Source of the DNA: Candidatus Fermentibacteraceae bacterium | Lineage (GTDB): Bacteria; Fermentibacterota; Fermentibacteria; Fermentibacterales; JCC-6 | Length of the DNA: 64,000 nucleotides | Assembly (NCBI GenBank): GCA_041750285.1 | Contig: JBGSZS010000018.1 | Coordinates: 160,001 to 224,000, forward strand | Reading direction: 5' to 3' | In this document: piece by piece, positions 47,291 through 57,614 of the stretch | How the letters are laid out: the number at the start of each line of letters is the position of its first letter | Numbering within the stretch: position 1 is the first letter of the stretch | The notes under the pieces: model-generated | What the model was told of the DNA's origin: nothing | Databases searched by the model: none | What the model saw: only the letters and a program-made list of their open reading frames with translations | Made by a program: the position numbers and the translations under genes

Positions 47291-48834
47291 ATGTTCTTTC
47301 TCGAGGTCAGCACATCGCACGGAACAATCATCTCGTCCAGGGAAATCCCCCCGTGCTGGAATGAACCCCTGAAATTGTGCATGTCCTCACGGGCGAGGTG
47401 CTCATGGAAAAGCAGGTAGTCACCCCTGGCCAGAACATAGGATTTTCTCGGGTTCTCGTCGGGAAGACCCCACTGGGCCGGCTGTTTTATGACAAGGGCA
47501 TGACGCGGGTCGCTTGAGAGGGAGAGCCCGAACCTGTACCTGACGCTGCTCGACATCCCCCTGGCCCCCCGGACCCAGGCGATCCTTCCGGCCTGAACGC
47601 TCCCATGGTCGCTGGTGACGATCACAGTTGCGCCCCTGGCGCTGAGGGTGAGCAGCATGTCCCTGAGAAAGGAGCTTCTGAACCAGGACTCGGCAAGGGT
47701 GCGAAAGCTCCCGACATCGGGTGCCAGGTCGCGTATCAGGTCCAGCTCGCTTCTTCCGTGGGTCAGGTGGTCGATGTAGTTCACGACCAGGGCGAAAAAG
47801 CCCTTCTTGATGAAATGGGACAGCCCCTTGCGTATGTTGTCGCCCTCGCGCTTGTTGGACGCCTTGAGATAGACGGCGTCATCAGCTCCGCTCCACCCGT
47901 ACCTTTTCAGGGCGTCCACCAGCAACCTCGGCTCGTTCCTGTTCAGGCCGGGGGACCCGTACTCCTCGATCCAGTCGTTTCTGTAGAACCTGCTGATATC
48001 ACGGGGAAGAAGCCCGCTGAAAATGGAGTTCCTGCTGTAGGGAGTTGCCGACGGAAGGCCGGCCAGCATGAAACCCGGCTCCCTGTGAAACCACTGCTCT
48101 ATCTCCCTGGTCATGAGAAGCCACTGATCGTACCTCATGCAGTCGATGACAAGAACCACCAGCTCTCCGGGTTCGTCGAGCCTGGGAACCACGACCCTCT
48201 CCAGGAAGTTGTGGGACATCAGCGGGCCGTCCTTTGACCCTATCCAATCGCGGTAATTCTCTTCGACGAAACGCGAAAAATCGATCTGGAGCTGGTCGAG
48301 GCCGACGCCCTGAAACGAGCCGAAATCGGATGTCAGGTGGCCCCTTGTGCTTATATCCTTTTCCATCCAGCTTGAGTAGAGGTGGGTCCAGTCGGACAGC
48401 GAACGGTCGCGTGAGAGCCGGAGGGTCTCGGCCTCGTGCATGACCTCCATGGCGGCCTGTTGAAGCCTCAGTTTGCCCGTGGTGAGAAGTTTCTTCACCA
48501 CAAGCAGTATCTGGCTGGGGTTCACGGGTTTGGTCAGAAAATCAGCGACCGAGCCCGTAAGCGCCCGGTCCATCAGTTCCTCTTCCTCGCTCTGCGTGAC
48601 CATCACTATCGGCAGTTCCCGGTAGCTTCGACGGATCTCCCTCAGCGTTTCCAGCCCATCCATCCCCACCATCATCTGGTCCAGAAGGACAAGGTCGACC
48701 CTTCGGCTTTTCAGGATCTCGAGGGCATCCCTGCCGCTCTCCGCTGTATAGACAGTGTAGCCCCTCTTCTCAAGAAATCTTATGTGGGGCTGGAGGTGGC
48801 CTATCTCGTCATCCACCCAGAGTACTTTCAGCAA
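47287..48834 (-). CDS. porX: PorX-type response regulator (REC plus PglZ alkaline-phosphatase-like domain)
   Basis: KVLWVDDEI..L.PHI.FL, LLDQMM, TKPVNP; PglZ motifs VIDCMRYDQW, LPSATPYSRNSIFSG, TSDHG, FQHGGISLDEMIVP. Upstream of tsaE. Confidence 0.9.
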   Translation of the reverse strand: MLKVLWVDDEIGHLQPHIRFLEKRGYTVYTAESGRDALEILKSRRVDLVLLDQMMVGMDGLETLREIRRSYRELPIVMVTQSEEEELMDRALTGSVADFLTKPVNPSQILLVVKKLLTTGKLRLQQAAMEVMHEAETLRLSRDRSLSDWTHLYSSWMEKDISTRGHLTSDFGSFQGVGLDQLQIDFSRFVEENYRDWIGSKDGPLMSHNFLERVVVPRLDEPGELVVLVIDCMRYDQWLLMTREIEQWFHREPGFMLAGLPSATPYSRNSIFSGLLPRDISRFYRNDWIEEYGSPGLNRNEPRLLVDALKRYGWSGADDAVYLKASNKREGDNIRKGLSHFIKKGFFALVVNYIDHLTHGRSELDLIRDLAPDVGSFRTLAESWFRSSFLRDMLLTLSARGATVIVTSDHGSVQAGRIAWVRGARGMSSSVRYRFGLSLSSDPRHALVIKQPAQWGLPDENPRKSYVLARGDYLLFHEHLAREDMHNFRGSFQHGGISLDEMIVPCDVLTSRKNM

Positions 48835-48836
48835 GA

Positions 48837-50207
48837 TCAGGTTTCCTCCTGTTTCACGGGAAGGACTACCGAGAAGGTCGTACCCTTGCCCGGTACGCTC
48901 GAAAGCATCTGTATGCGTCCCTGGTGGTATTCCTCCACGATCCGTTTCGAAAGGGGAAGACCAAGCCCCCAGCCTCCCTTGCGGGTTGTGAAGCCCGGTT
49001 TGAAAACCTTGCCCTGCTCCTTAGGTGGAATTCCCCTGCCATTGTCGCTGACCTGTATCTCGACAATGGATCGGCTTTCATCCGGGAACTCGCAGACGAC
49101 CTCGACCCGGCCCGGTCTGTCCCCCGTGGCGCAGGCAGCCACCGAGTTCTTAATCAGGTTTTCAAGGACCCATCCCAGGAGCACTGCATTCCCCATCACA
49201 ACAGCGTCCACAAGCTTTCCCACCTCTACAGACACGCCGCCCACGAGCCCGGGTCTCTCCGAGAAGTAGGACACGGTATCCCATATGACCCCCGAGACCT
49301 GAACAGGTTCCATCCTGGGCTTCCTGCCGACATGCGCATACCTCTGGGTGATCTGCTGAAGCCTCTCCACGTCTACCTTCATGGCCCTCATGGCTTCAAG
49401 CGTTTCGGCATCGGACTCGATCGATGGATTCTCGGATATCAGCTCGAGCCAGCCCATCAGCGAGGAAAGGGGAGTGCTTATCTGATGGGCCGTCTCTCGG
49501 GCGAACCCCACCCAGGACATCTCCCTTTCGTGCTTCCTCTCCCCCCTCATGAAGAGGAACATCAGCCCGCCGATGAGTACAACGAACCCCAGCTCCAGCA
49601 GTGGCATCCATGCGATTTCTCGGAAGATGGGATCGGTGCCGTAATGAAGGTGGCCCAGCTCCGTCCCGCCGGGACCGGAGATGGGAATGGGCGAGTTTAT
49701 GCTGTCAAGGGCCGCTATCCTCATCTTGTATTTGATGAGCGAGTCGCCCGGGGTCTGATCGCTGATCGGTCTTCCGTCCACGACCTGGGGACGACCGGAA
49801 ATGTCGGTGAAGATGATCGAGTAAGGGAGCCTGTGGACCAGATCGGCGTACAGACGCCGGGCCATTGCCTGTATCTCCCGCCTCTGTTCGACGGGAATCT
49901 CCGATGTGATGACGAAGCTGGTGATCCTTCTGCAATCCGGGCAATAACTGGACATGTGGGTTTCCTCCGGAATGCTCTCGAGCGGGAAGGAAGCCCCGCA
50001 CTCGGTGCAGACCGAAAGACCCTCGCGACCTGCGATGAAGCTGAGCGGGTACTGAATGCCGGCCCAGAACCACGCTATCGTTTCGTTGGCGATCCGGTTC
50101 GACCTGCGCAGCCTTTCCACAAGGTTGTGGGTGTACCACACCAGAAGCCACGAGACCATGGTGGCGAAAACTATTATCAGAAGACGCCTTCTGAATGTGA
50201 GTGTCAC
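48837..50207 (-). CDS. Sensor histidine kinase with a CxxC/CxxC insertion in the sensor loop
   Basis: Two TM segments; H-box ETAHQISTPLSSL, ENLIKNS, DNGRGI, PGFTTRKGGWGLGL; CTECG and CPDCR in the sensor region. Confidence 0.93.
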   Translation of the reverse strand: MTLTFRRRLLIIVFATMVSWLLVWYTHNLVERLRRSNRIANETIAWFWAGIQYPLSFIAGREGLSVCTECGASFPLESIPEETHMSSYCPDCRRITSFVITSEIPVEQRREIQAMARRLYADLVHRLPYSIIFTDISGRPQVVDGRPISDQTPGDSLIKYKMRIAALDSINSPIPISGPGGTELGHLHYGTDPIFREIAWMPLLELGFVVLIGGLMFLFMRGERKHEREMSWVGFARETAHQISTPLSSLMGWLELISENPSIESDAETLEAMRAMKVDVERLQQITQRYAHVGRKPRMEPVQVSGVIWDTVSYFSERPGLVGGVSVEVGKLVDAVVMGNAVLLGWVLENLIKNSVAACATGDRPGRVEVVCEFPDESRSIVEIQVSDNGRGIPPKEQGKVFKPGFTTRKGGWGLGLPLSKRIVEEYHQGRIQMLSSVPGKGTTFSVVLPVKQEET

Positions 50208-50281
50208 ATGTCTCCCGTCAGGCGGACTGCCTGCTGCAGCCCCCCGCGATGGCCATCCGGCCGGTACCCCTGGAAAAGGGC

Positions 50282-50310
50282 ATAATCGTTCAATGACGGT
50301 CCGGTGTCAA
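50282..50310 (-). promoter_or_regulatory. Possible sigma70 promoter of the kinase-porX-tsa operon
   Basis: TTGACA-17 nt-GATTAT on the minus strand. Confidence 0.4.
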
Positions 50311-50484
50311 ACATCGGCAGCCGCCGTCGCCCGGTCAGGGGGCGAAGTCATGGGATGACTGTGTTAGCAACGATTCCGCTCCCGCGCAGATCCGGTCCGG
50401 TATGGACATCCGGGCTTCCCGGAAATAGACTAACCCGTCACCTTGTTGATCATGCACCTGCAAACGACCCTCGGGGGGTTACAG

Positions 50485-52377
50485 ATGCCTTCAGGGAAAA
50501 GGCGCACGGGGCGCGCACGGGGCCACCTGACCCCTCTTCTCGTTACAGTACTGCTCCTGCTTGTCCTTGTCACGGGAACCGCGCTGGCCAGGGCCGGAGG
50601 CGGCCAGAGCTACGGCGGCGGAAGAAGCGGCGGAGGGGATGGGGGCGGCGACGGCCTCGGGTTCCTGGTCTACTTCCTCATACGCTTGTGCATCGAGCAG
50701 CCCTGCATAGGCATACCTCTCACGACGGCGATCATCATCGCCATCGTGGTCTACAACAAAAAGCGCAGGAAAATGCAGGAAAGGTATATAGCCCGCACGT
50801 CCGCCGTCCGTCGCGAGGCAGCTGCATCAAGGGGCACGGCCGATCTTGCCGTCCTGAAGGCGGCTGACCCCGGTTTCACCGAGGCCGGTTTCGAAGCGAT
50901 GGTGAGGACCGCCTTCACGGCGGTTCAAAACGCCTGGAGCCGTCAGGACCTGTCCACTGTCGGGGCTTACATCTCGGACGGCGTGCGGGAAAGGTTCAAC
51001 CTTCAGTTCGGGATGCAGCGGGCCATGGGATACAGGAACAACATGGAGGGCCTCGAGGTGCTTGGCGTGAGGGTTGCAGGCGCACAACTCGACACGGGCT
51101 TCCAGACCGTTCACGTCGAGATCCATGCCACAGCTGAGGATACCGACGTTTCCCTCTCGGACGGCCGCAAACTGAGAACCAACGCAACCGGCGACTTCCA
51201 CGAGTATTGGACCTTCCTGAGAAGGCCCGGCGTGGGAACTCCGGAAAAGGGGGGCATCGTTCAGGGGTTCTGCCCCAACTGCGGCGCTTCCCTTGATATC
51301 AGCGATGCCGGCAAATGCAGCTACTGCGGAGCCTACATCACAAGCGGGGCCTACGACTGGATCCTGACGGGGATCACGCAGGAAAGCGAATGGATACCGG
51401 CCGTATCCCCGGAAGCAGTACCCGGGCTGCCGGAGATGACACGCAAGGATCCCGGCTTCAACCTGCAGCCTCTGTCGGACACGGCTTCGGTTGTTTTCTG
51501 GAGGTACGTCTCGAGCTACTTCGAAGGATCAACCGCTCCCATGACAAAAGTGGCTTCGACATCTTTCCTGCCCACGTTGAAGCGGAACATCAGCCAGACC
51601 GCCGAGGGGGACTGGCACCTTTACTTCCACGACGCTGCAGTCGGCTCGGTGAACGTACTCGAGATTATTCCGGGAGCCGACATGGACAGGGTGCGTGTGC
51701 TGGTGAAGTGGTCGGCCTGGAGCCGTTACAGGAACGGGGCAGGGCAGGTGAAGGGCACGGGGGACCGCAGCATAAGACCGCAGGTGTTTACTCTGGCACG
51801 CCGTCCCGAAGTCACCACAAGGAAAGAGCATGACTTCCATTCGGCACACTGCCCCGGCTGCGGAGCTCCCTACAGCGGCGGTTCGAGCGGAAACTGCGAG
51901 TACTGCGGCAGGCCCCTCAACGACGGCTCGGGGGCATGGATACTCGAGGACATCTCCGCCTTCTCCGCGTCCATGCTCGGAAGCAGGATGGGCACACCTG
52001 CGGCTGACCCTGAAATGGTTCTGATGGCAATGGTGGCGACCATGTTCGCTGACGGAACCCCCGGCGTGGAGGAACGCAGGCTTCTGGATGCCTTCGCCGC
52101 AGGCAGGGGGATCCAGCGTGAATCGGTTGCCGCCATGGTCGCGGCCTTTGAAGAGGGCGCCGGGGTGCCCGGGGCGAAGGACCGGACCGAGGCGAAGGCC
52201 ATCCTGTCCGAGATGGTGGGAATGGCCCTCGCAGACGGCACTATCTGCCCCGAAGAAATGAGATTCCTCGAGAGCTACACCACCGGCGCGGGTCTCTCGA
52301 ACGCGGACCTTCGCACGATGATCGCCGGGAAGAGAAGAACGCTTTACAGGGAAGCGAAGCGCTCCGCCCCTGGGTAG
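50485..52377 (+). CDS. Membrane protein with tandem Tim44-like domains, zinc ribbons and a C-terminal TerB-like domain
   Basis: Signal peptide then ARAGGG Gly-rich segment and TM; DPGF...VQNAWS...EYWTFLR; CPNCG..CSYCG; second DPGFN repeat; CPGCG..CEYCG; AMVATMFADG and MALADG (TerB-like). Confidence 0.8.
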   Translation: MPSGKRRTGRARGHLTPLLVTVLLLLVLVTGTALARAGGGQSYGGGRSGGGDGGGDGLGFLVYFLIRLCIEQPCIGIPLTTAIIIAIVVYNKKRRKMQERYIARTSAVRREAAASRGTADLAVLKAADPGFTEAGFEAMVRTAFTAVQNAWSRQDLSTVGAYISDGVRERFNLQFGMQRAMGYRNNMEGLEVLGVRVAGAQLDTGFQTVHVEIHATAEDTDVSLSDGRKLRTNATGDFHEYWTFLRRPGVGTPEKGGIVQGFCPNCGASLDISDAGKCSYCGAYITSGAYDWILTGITQESEWIPAVSPEAVPGLPEMTRKDPGFNLQPLSDTASVVFWRYVSSYFEGSTAPMTKVASTSFLPTLKRNISQTAEGDWHLYFHDAAVGSVNVLEIIPGADMDRVRVLVKWSAWSRYRNGAGQVKGTGDRSIRPQVFTLARRPEVTTRKEHDFHSAHCPGCGAPYSGGSSGNCEYCGRPLNDGSGAWILEDISAFSASMLGSRMGTPAADPEMVLMAMVATMFADGTPGVEERRLLDAFAAGRGIQRESVAAMVAAFEEGAGVPGAKDRTEAKAILSEMVGMALADGTICPEEMRFLESYTTGAGLSNADLRTMIAGKRRTLYREAKRSAPG

Positions 52378-52394
52378 GATCAGGCAAACCCCGT

Positions 52395-54008
52395 CTAAGG
52401 ACCCAGTGCCCTCATGTTGTCGGGCGGAAGGCTGTCAACAGCCATGAATCCCGGGGGAACCGATCCGGTGAACTCGTAGATGATCGTGTTTCCTGAAGCG
52501 CTTTTCCAGACAGGGGTCAGGAACGGCGGCGGGTCCAGCACAGCCCAGCTTCTGCCGTCGGGTGTTCTCCTCCATCTCCCTGAAAGCCAGGGTCTGAGTT
52601 GGGGAAGATCAGGGTCAACCGCCAGAAACCTTGCTCCATGACCTTCCAGAAACGGCCAGAGAAGCATTTCGTAATCGTTGGGCCATGTCACGGTGGGTCT
52701 TCGGTAAACCCAGTGATAAAGCTCAACGTTGGGGTACGTCACGACCCACGTGCCCTCGGGTACGTTGTCCCTGATCCATCGGGCGCCCTCCATCGCCTCA
52801 GCGGCCCTCCCTCTGTTTTCATGCATGAGGACCTCCCCGACTGGCCGGATCAGGATGAGCGCGTTGACAAGAATAAAACCGGTCATAAGACCCCTGACCC
52901 TGCCTTCGACCCTCACGACACCGGCAAGACCCAGCGCAGCGACGATGGCGTACACCGGCGCCAGGTAACGTCCGCTATGCTGGTGCACCGACAGGGCCGC
53001 CATGAGGGGAAGGGCGACAAGGGCCGGGAGAACCATCTTCCGCCTCATTTCACCGTCACCGAGACCCAGTGCCACGAACAGAAGGAACACAGCCATGGTG
53101 GGCTGGGCGAACGGCTCTCCCCTGTGGGATGAACCCGGGCCGAAAGGCTCGAGGACCCTGGCCACCCCCCTTAAAACGAATGATGCACAGGCCGCTGGCC
53201 CCTGGTTCTCCAGCATGTCTGCCGGACCGGGAGGGGTGGACCTGACGCTCCACGCCGACCAGTGGTTCTCATTGAGAACGAACTGGCCGTTCTGGCTGTG
53301 CGTTGGGCTTCCGAAAACACGGATGTTGCGTGCGAACCACGGAAGGGCCGCGAGAAGGAAAAAAGCCAGAAAAAGGAGGGCCTTGGGAAATCTGGCCCTG
53401 CCTCCCCGAAGGAGGACCCACATGCAAAGCGAGAATGCAAGGATCATGCCCTGGGTTCTCGTCAGATAGGCCACTCCCGAGACAACTCCCAGCAGGGCTG
53501 TCCTTCTCCACCCCAAATCACCGCTTCCGGCGATCCGCATCGCAACAAAGACGAGGGTCGTGTAAAGAAGGAGGCAGTCAGGTTGAGTGCTGAACCAGAT
53601 GAAGGGAGGCGACACGGCCAGAAAGGCCGTGGTCAGGATTGCCGTGCGTCTGCCAAGAGCGTTTTCAGCCCAGAAGTACACAGCCATGATGCACAACAGG
53701 CCAAGTGTTATTGACAGTGCCTGTGCGGGCCTCATACCCGGACCCGTGATTCTGAACACTCCTGAAAGAAGCACCGGAAGAAGGGGCTGACGGTTCGCTT
53801 CGGGCCGCAGGTGATCCATGGACCGGTCGTACAGGGTCCACTTGAGGAAGGTGGTGAAGCCCTGACCCCTGTTCAGGTTGTCCGCCAGAAGGATGTTGGC
53901 AGCGATACCGTCTCCCTCCGGCGCAGGGTGACGGAGTGCCGTTGCGAACCTGACACCCAGTGCGGCGAGCAGGATAGCTGCCAGCGCCAGAAAGTTACCT
54001 GAGCGCAT
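52395..54008 (-). CDS. ArnT/PMT-like (GT39/GT-C) glycosyltransferase
   Basis: Polytopic; GDG...LADNL..GQGF, RQPLLP, AYLTR, PWFARN..VFGSP, RYLAP. Confidence 0.8.
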   Translation of the reverse strand: MRSGNFLALAAILLAALGVRFATALRHPAPEGDGIAANILLADNLNRGQGFTTFLKWTLYDRSMDHLRPEANRQPLLPVLLSGVFRITGPGMRPAQALSITLGLLCIMAVYFWAENALGRRTAILTTAFLAVSPPFIWFSTQPDCLLLYTTLVFVAMRIAGSGDLGWRRTALLGVVSGVAYLTRTQGMILAFSLCMWVLLRGGRARFPKALLFLAFFLLAALPWFARNIRVFGSPTHSQNGQFVLNENHWSAWSVRSTPPGPADMLENQGPAACASFVLRGVARVLEPFGPGSSHRGEPFAQPTMAVFLLFVALGLGDGEMRRKMVLPALVALPLMAALSVHQHSGRYLAPVYAIVAALGLAGVVRVEGRVRGLMTGFILVNALILIRPVGEVLMHENRGRAAEAMEGARWIRDNVPEGTWVVTYPNVELYHWVYRRPTVTWPNDYEMLLWPFLEGHGARFLAVDPDLPQLRPWLSGRWRRTPDGRSWAVLDPPPFLTPVWKSASGNTIIYEFTGSVPPGFMAVDSLPPDNMRALGP

Positions 54009-54102
54009 TGATGTTCCCTTCAACCTTCCACCCTTCCTTCCGGGCATCAGGGTTGTATTTTACTTCAACACGGAGTTTGGGGCCACAGGGAAGGACGGGG
54101 AG

Positions 54103-54885
54103 ATGACGCTGACCTGCGCCACCTGGAACGTGAATTCGGTGAGGGCAAGGCTGACCCATGTGCGGGACTGGCTGCAGGCCGATCCTGTTGATGTGCTGTG
54201 CCTGCAGGAAACCAAGGTCACCGACGACCTGTTCCCCTCAGAGCCCTTCAACGAGCTTGGGTACACAGCCACCACCCACGGCCAGAAGACCTACAACGGT
54301 GTGGCCGTTCTCAGCAGAAGCCCTTTGGAGGATGTTTCAAGGGGGCTGCCGTCGGGTTTTCTTGCCGACCAGGCCAGGCTGCTTTCGTTCCGCCTTGCGG
54401 GGATCAGGTTCCTCAACGCATACGTTCCAAACGGCGGAGACGTATCCCTCCCCTCCTTCGGGAACAAACTGCGATGGCTTGATGAGCTTCTGGCTCTGGC
54501 ATCATCCTTCCCGGACCCCGTGGTGGTCCTCGGTGATTTCAACGTTGCTCCTGGTGCCGACGACACCCATTCACCGCAGGAGCAGGATGGCACGGTGTGC
54601 TATCATCCGCTGGAAAGACAGAGGATCAGGGCATTCCTCGAAGCCGGGTTCACCGATTCGTTCCGGGCTTTCAACCCCGCCGGGAAGGCCTACACCTGGT
54701 GGGATTACAGGGCAGGGGCCTTCAGAAGGAACATGGGCATGCGCCTCGACCTGGTGCTCGCTTCGCGTGAGGCCATGCCGATGTTCGACTCGGTTGAGAC
54801 CAGAATACTCCCCAGAACCTGGGAAAAACCCTCGGACCACGCACCGGTAGTGTTCCGGCTGACCCCTCCAATGAGCCGGGAATGA
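54103..54885 (+). CDS. xth: Exodeoxyribonuclease III
   Basis: ATWNVNSVRAR, LCLQETK, YNGVA, YVPNG, GDFNVA, YTWWDYR, SDHAPV. Confidence 0.97.
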   Translation: MTLTCATWNVNSVRARLTHVRDWLQADPVDVLCLQETKVTDDLFPSEPFNELGYTATTHGQKTYNGVAVLSRSPLEDVSRGLPSGFLADQARLLSFRLAGIRFLNAYVPNGGDVSLPSFGNKLRWLDELLALASSFPDPVVVLGDFNVAPGADDTHSPQEQDGTVCYHPLERQRIRAFLEAGFTDSFRAFNPAGKAYTWWDYRAGAFRRNMGMRLDLVLASREAMPMFDSVETRILPRTWEKPSDHAPVVFRLTPPMSRE

Positions 54886-54935
54886 TGGGGACTCTGAATG
54901 CGTATCATTAAAAACGATCATACAGGGAGGTCAGA

Positions 54936-55865
54936 ATGAGACTGGCGGTCACCGCATTAGTAGCGGCATGCATTACCGGTCTGTCTTCCGCCGGGGACAG
55001 GGAACTGCCGCCGATATTCGTTCACGAATGGGGGGTGCTTTCTTGGTCGGGCCCCGAGTCTTCATTTTCCGGCGCTCCCGGTGCCCGATCCATGATCCCC
55101 GATGATGACGCCATGCTTGTCAGGGCGCCCGTCCTGTACTTTCACGGTCCCGAGTTCACCGGCACTGTCACGGTGAGGACGGACAACGGCAAGATCTCCC
55201 ATGCATACCCCGAGGTTTCCGGCGGGAGTATCGGCAGCGGGTTCTGCTCCTGGACCGGCTCGTTCAGTTACGAGGAGGATGACCCCTCCCTTCGGGAAAC
55301 AACCGTCCTCATCGATGATCGCCGTTCATCTTTCCCCTTCCCGCGCTGGCCGTACCACCTGTGGAGAACCGGCGAAAGCATGACCGTGACCACATTCTGC
55401 GCAACCGAAAGCTTTCTCTACTACGAAACAGAACCAGCCGACCTGGGCTTCCTGCCCTGTTCGAGTGGCGGGCAATCAGTGCCGGAAGAGTGGGGGCAGG
55501 TTCCCGCCATTGCCCTGACTTGGTCGGGAAGCGGCCTGCTTTACGCAGAGTGCAGCCTGGGAGACATCCCCGGCCCCGATGACGGAACGTTCGTGGCCAT
55601 GACCCCCGACCTTATCCACCGCACCCTTCGCCAGTGGTCCCGGAACGTGATCGACATCGAGGAGGTGGACGCCCTCTGGACAACCTGGATGGATTGGTTC
55701 TCCGGCGGTTTCGCTGAAGGCGGGAGCTACCCCGGGGGGCTTCTGCTGTACCCGATCCCGGAAACCCTGCTCTCGAACCTGAGCACCATCGAGGTCGTTC
55801 CTGACGGTCCTTCGCAGTATCCAACCCGCGTGAGAAGGTTGATCCTCGCAGCGGTTCCCCTTTAA
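54936..55865 (+). CDS. Exported VHEWGV-motif protein, paralog 1
   Basis: Signal peptide; VHEWGV, RAPVLYFHG, FLYYE, EVDALWTTW. GGAGG RBS. Confidence 0.85.
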   Translation: MRLAVTALVAACITGLSSAGDRELPPIFVHEWGVLSWSGPESSFSGAPGARSMIPDDDAMLVRAPVLYFHGPEFTGTVTVRTDNGKISHAYPEVSGGSIGSGFCSWTGSFSYEEDDPSLRETTVLIDDRRSSFPFPRWPYHLWRTGESMTVTTFCATESFLYYETEPADLGFLPCSSGGQSVPEEWGQVPAIALTWSGSGLLYAECSLGDIPGPDDGTFVAMTPDLIHRTLRQWSRNVIDIEEVDALWTTWMDWFSGGFAEGGSYPGGLLLYPIPETLLSNLSTIEVVPDGPSQYPTRVRRLILAAVPL

Positions 55866-55878
55866 GAAAGGCTCAGAA

Positions 55879-56781
55879 ATGCTTACCCTTCTTCTCCCCT
55901 TCCTCGCCGACACCGTGGTCGTACCTGTGGACGACACGCTGATCAGGGTCCATGAATGGGGTGTGGTGTCATTCACCTCGTTCGGCACCGAGGCCGCGGG
56001 AGCCCCGGGCGACACCTACGGCTTCGACCCGTTCGGAATGGTGTGCGTAGATGCCCCGGTGGTGTGGTTCCACGGGTCGCCTTTCTCCGGCACATTCACA
56101 GCAAGGGCCGGAATGGGTTTCGTGTCAGTGGCTTACCCGGAACCAACCGAAGGCTTCGAGGGAGCAACCCCGCAGGTGGTTTCATGGAGGATCGAGGGCA
56201 GGAATCCCGTGCCCTTCGACGAGGCGCCGATTCCCCACGTTCCCGAAAACACACCCTTCCTCTGGGCCATGGACAACTGGAGGGATGTTCCATGTCTTGA
56301 CCTGTTCGACGGCGAAGGCAACTATCTGGACAGGTTTCTGTACTACGAAACCCTCATCCCGGACGGTATCCAGGCCAGGATGAACACGGTCGTCGAGGAC
56401 GGCAGGCATCTGGCGGGGCTGTTCTCCCCCGAAGGGCTGTTGATTACCACGGGCGAAGGATCGGAAGTCCATGTCTACACCATCATCCCCCTGCCGGTGC
56501 TGACCGACGCCCTGAGGCTCCCCCTCGAAAGCACCGAGGTCCACGAGAAACTCTGCGACTGGGCGGGGGGAAACCTGAAGTCCCAGGAGATCGCTGCGCT
56601 GTGGAACACCTGGCAGCCATTCTTCCGGGACAGACCTGCCGGCGAGAGGTGGCTGCTCTTCCCGCTCCCCCCCGAAACCGTGGAAAGCATCAGCAACATC
56701 AGCCTTTCTGTTGACAGCCCCTACTATGCGGCCACGGTGGAGTACCACAGGCTGTTCCTCGGGCTGGTGAGGCTCGAGTGA
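55879..56781 (+). CDS. Exported VHEWGV-motif protein, paralog 2
   Basis: VHEWGV, DAPVVWFHG, FLYYE, EIAALWNTW. Confidence 0.85.
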   Translation: MLTLLLPFLADTVVVPVDDTLIRVHEWGVVSFTSFGTEAAGAPGDTYGFDPFGMVCVDAPVVWFHGSPFSGTFTARAGMGFVSVAYPEPTEGFEGATPQVVSWRIEGRNPVPFDEAPIPHVPENTPFLWAMDNWRDVPCLDLFDGEGNYLDRFLYYETLIPDGIQARMNTVVEDGRHLAGLFSPEGLLITTGEGSEVHVYTIIPLPVLTDALRLPLESTEVHEKLCDWAGGNLKSQEIAALWNTWQPFFRDRPAGERWLLFPLPPETVESISNISLSVDSPYYAATVEYHRLFLGLVRLE

Positions 56782-57614
56782 CCGCTCTTCTGCTGCTTCT
56801 TGCGGCCGGCCTGTCGGTGCATGAGTGGGGTGTGGTGTCTTATCGTGATACCGGCTTCTCCATGTCCTCATCACCGGTCGACATTCAGGAATGGCCCCTC
56901 GAGGCCAAGGCTCCGGTGCTATACTTCCATGGCGACCCTTGCACGGCGGTTGTTCGGGTAACCTCGGCCGGTGGCATGATGACAGCCGTTCTCCCCGAGC
57001 CCGCCGCGGGAGGGGCCGGCAGTGACTTCGCTCTCTGGAGCGGCCTCGAGATTTCAACCGAAGGCACCTGGAACCGCTGGCCCGGAGAACCCTCGCGGGA
57101 GTGGGGCTGGCTCTGGTCCGACGTGCAGTCTCTCCGCATAGGGTCGGGTTTCTTTCGAGACAGCTATCTGTTCTACGAGTGCGCCCTGCCGCAGCCCGGA
57201 ATACTGCCCTACGTGGTGGAGGGAGGGAACCCCTCACTGAGGGTGGAGTTCTCCGGCGTCCCCTGTGTTCTCCTCAGGTACCATGAAGGTGAGCCACAGT
57301 TCGCGGTGACGACGCTTCTGGCACTTGCAGGAAGGGCGGGGCACCACTGGGAACCCATGGATTGCCCCGATCGGATCAGGGGGATAGTGGCATCGTGGAG
57401 TGAAGGAGTTCTGGAGCCGGACGAGTTCAATGCCCTCTGGACGACCTGGGGGCAGACATTCACCGACACCCCCCTTCAGGGGCCCCATGTCATCTACATG
57501 ATCCCCCGCAGGGTGCTTGACGATTTCGCCACGATCGAGGTGACAACCGACAACGACGATACGGTCGGGATACTGAGGTTCCAGCTGGCCTTCGTTCCCG
57601 CATCTGTGCAGTGA
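56778..57614 (+). CDS. Exported VHEWGV-motif protein, paralog 3
   Basis: VHEWGV, KAPVLYFHG, YLFYE, EFNALWTTW. GTGA overlaps on both sides. Confidence 0.85.
   Translation: MTALLLLLAAGLSVHEWGVVSYRDTGFSMSSSPVDIQEWPLEAKAPVLYFHGDPCTAVVRVTSAGGMMTAVLPEPAAGGAGSDFALWSGLEISTEGTWNRWPGEPSREWGWLWSDVQSLRIGSGFFRDSYLFYECALPQPGILPYVVEGGNPSLRVEFSGVPCVLLRYHEGEPQFAVTTLLALAGRAGHHWEPMDCPDRIRGIVASWSEGVLEPDEFNALWTTWGQTFTDTPLQGPHVIYMIPRRVLDDFATIEVTTDNDDTVGILRFQLAFVPASVQ

Noticed and set aside
47287..48834. PglZ domain as a sign of a BREX defence system
   Set aside because: It is fused to a receiver domain in the porX-tsaE context, and there are no brxC/pglX/brxL-like genes.
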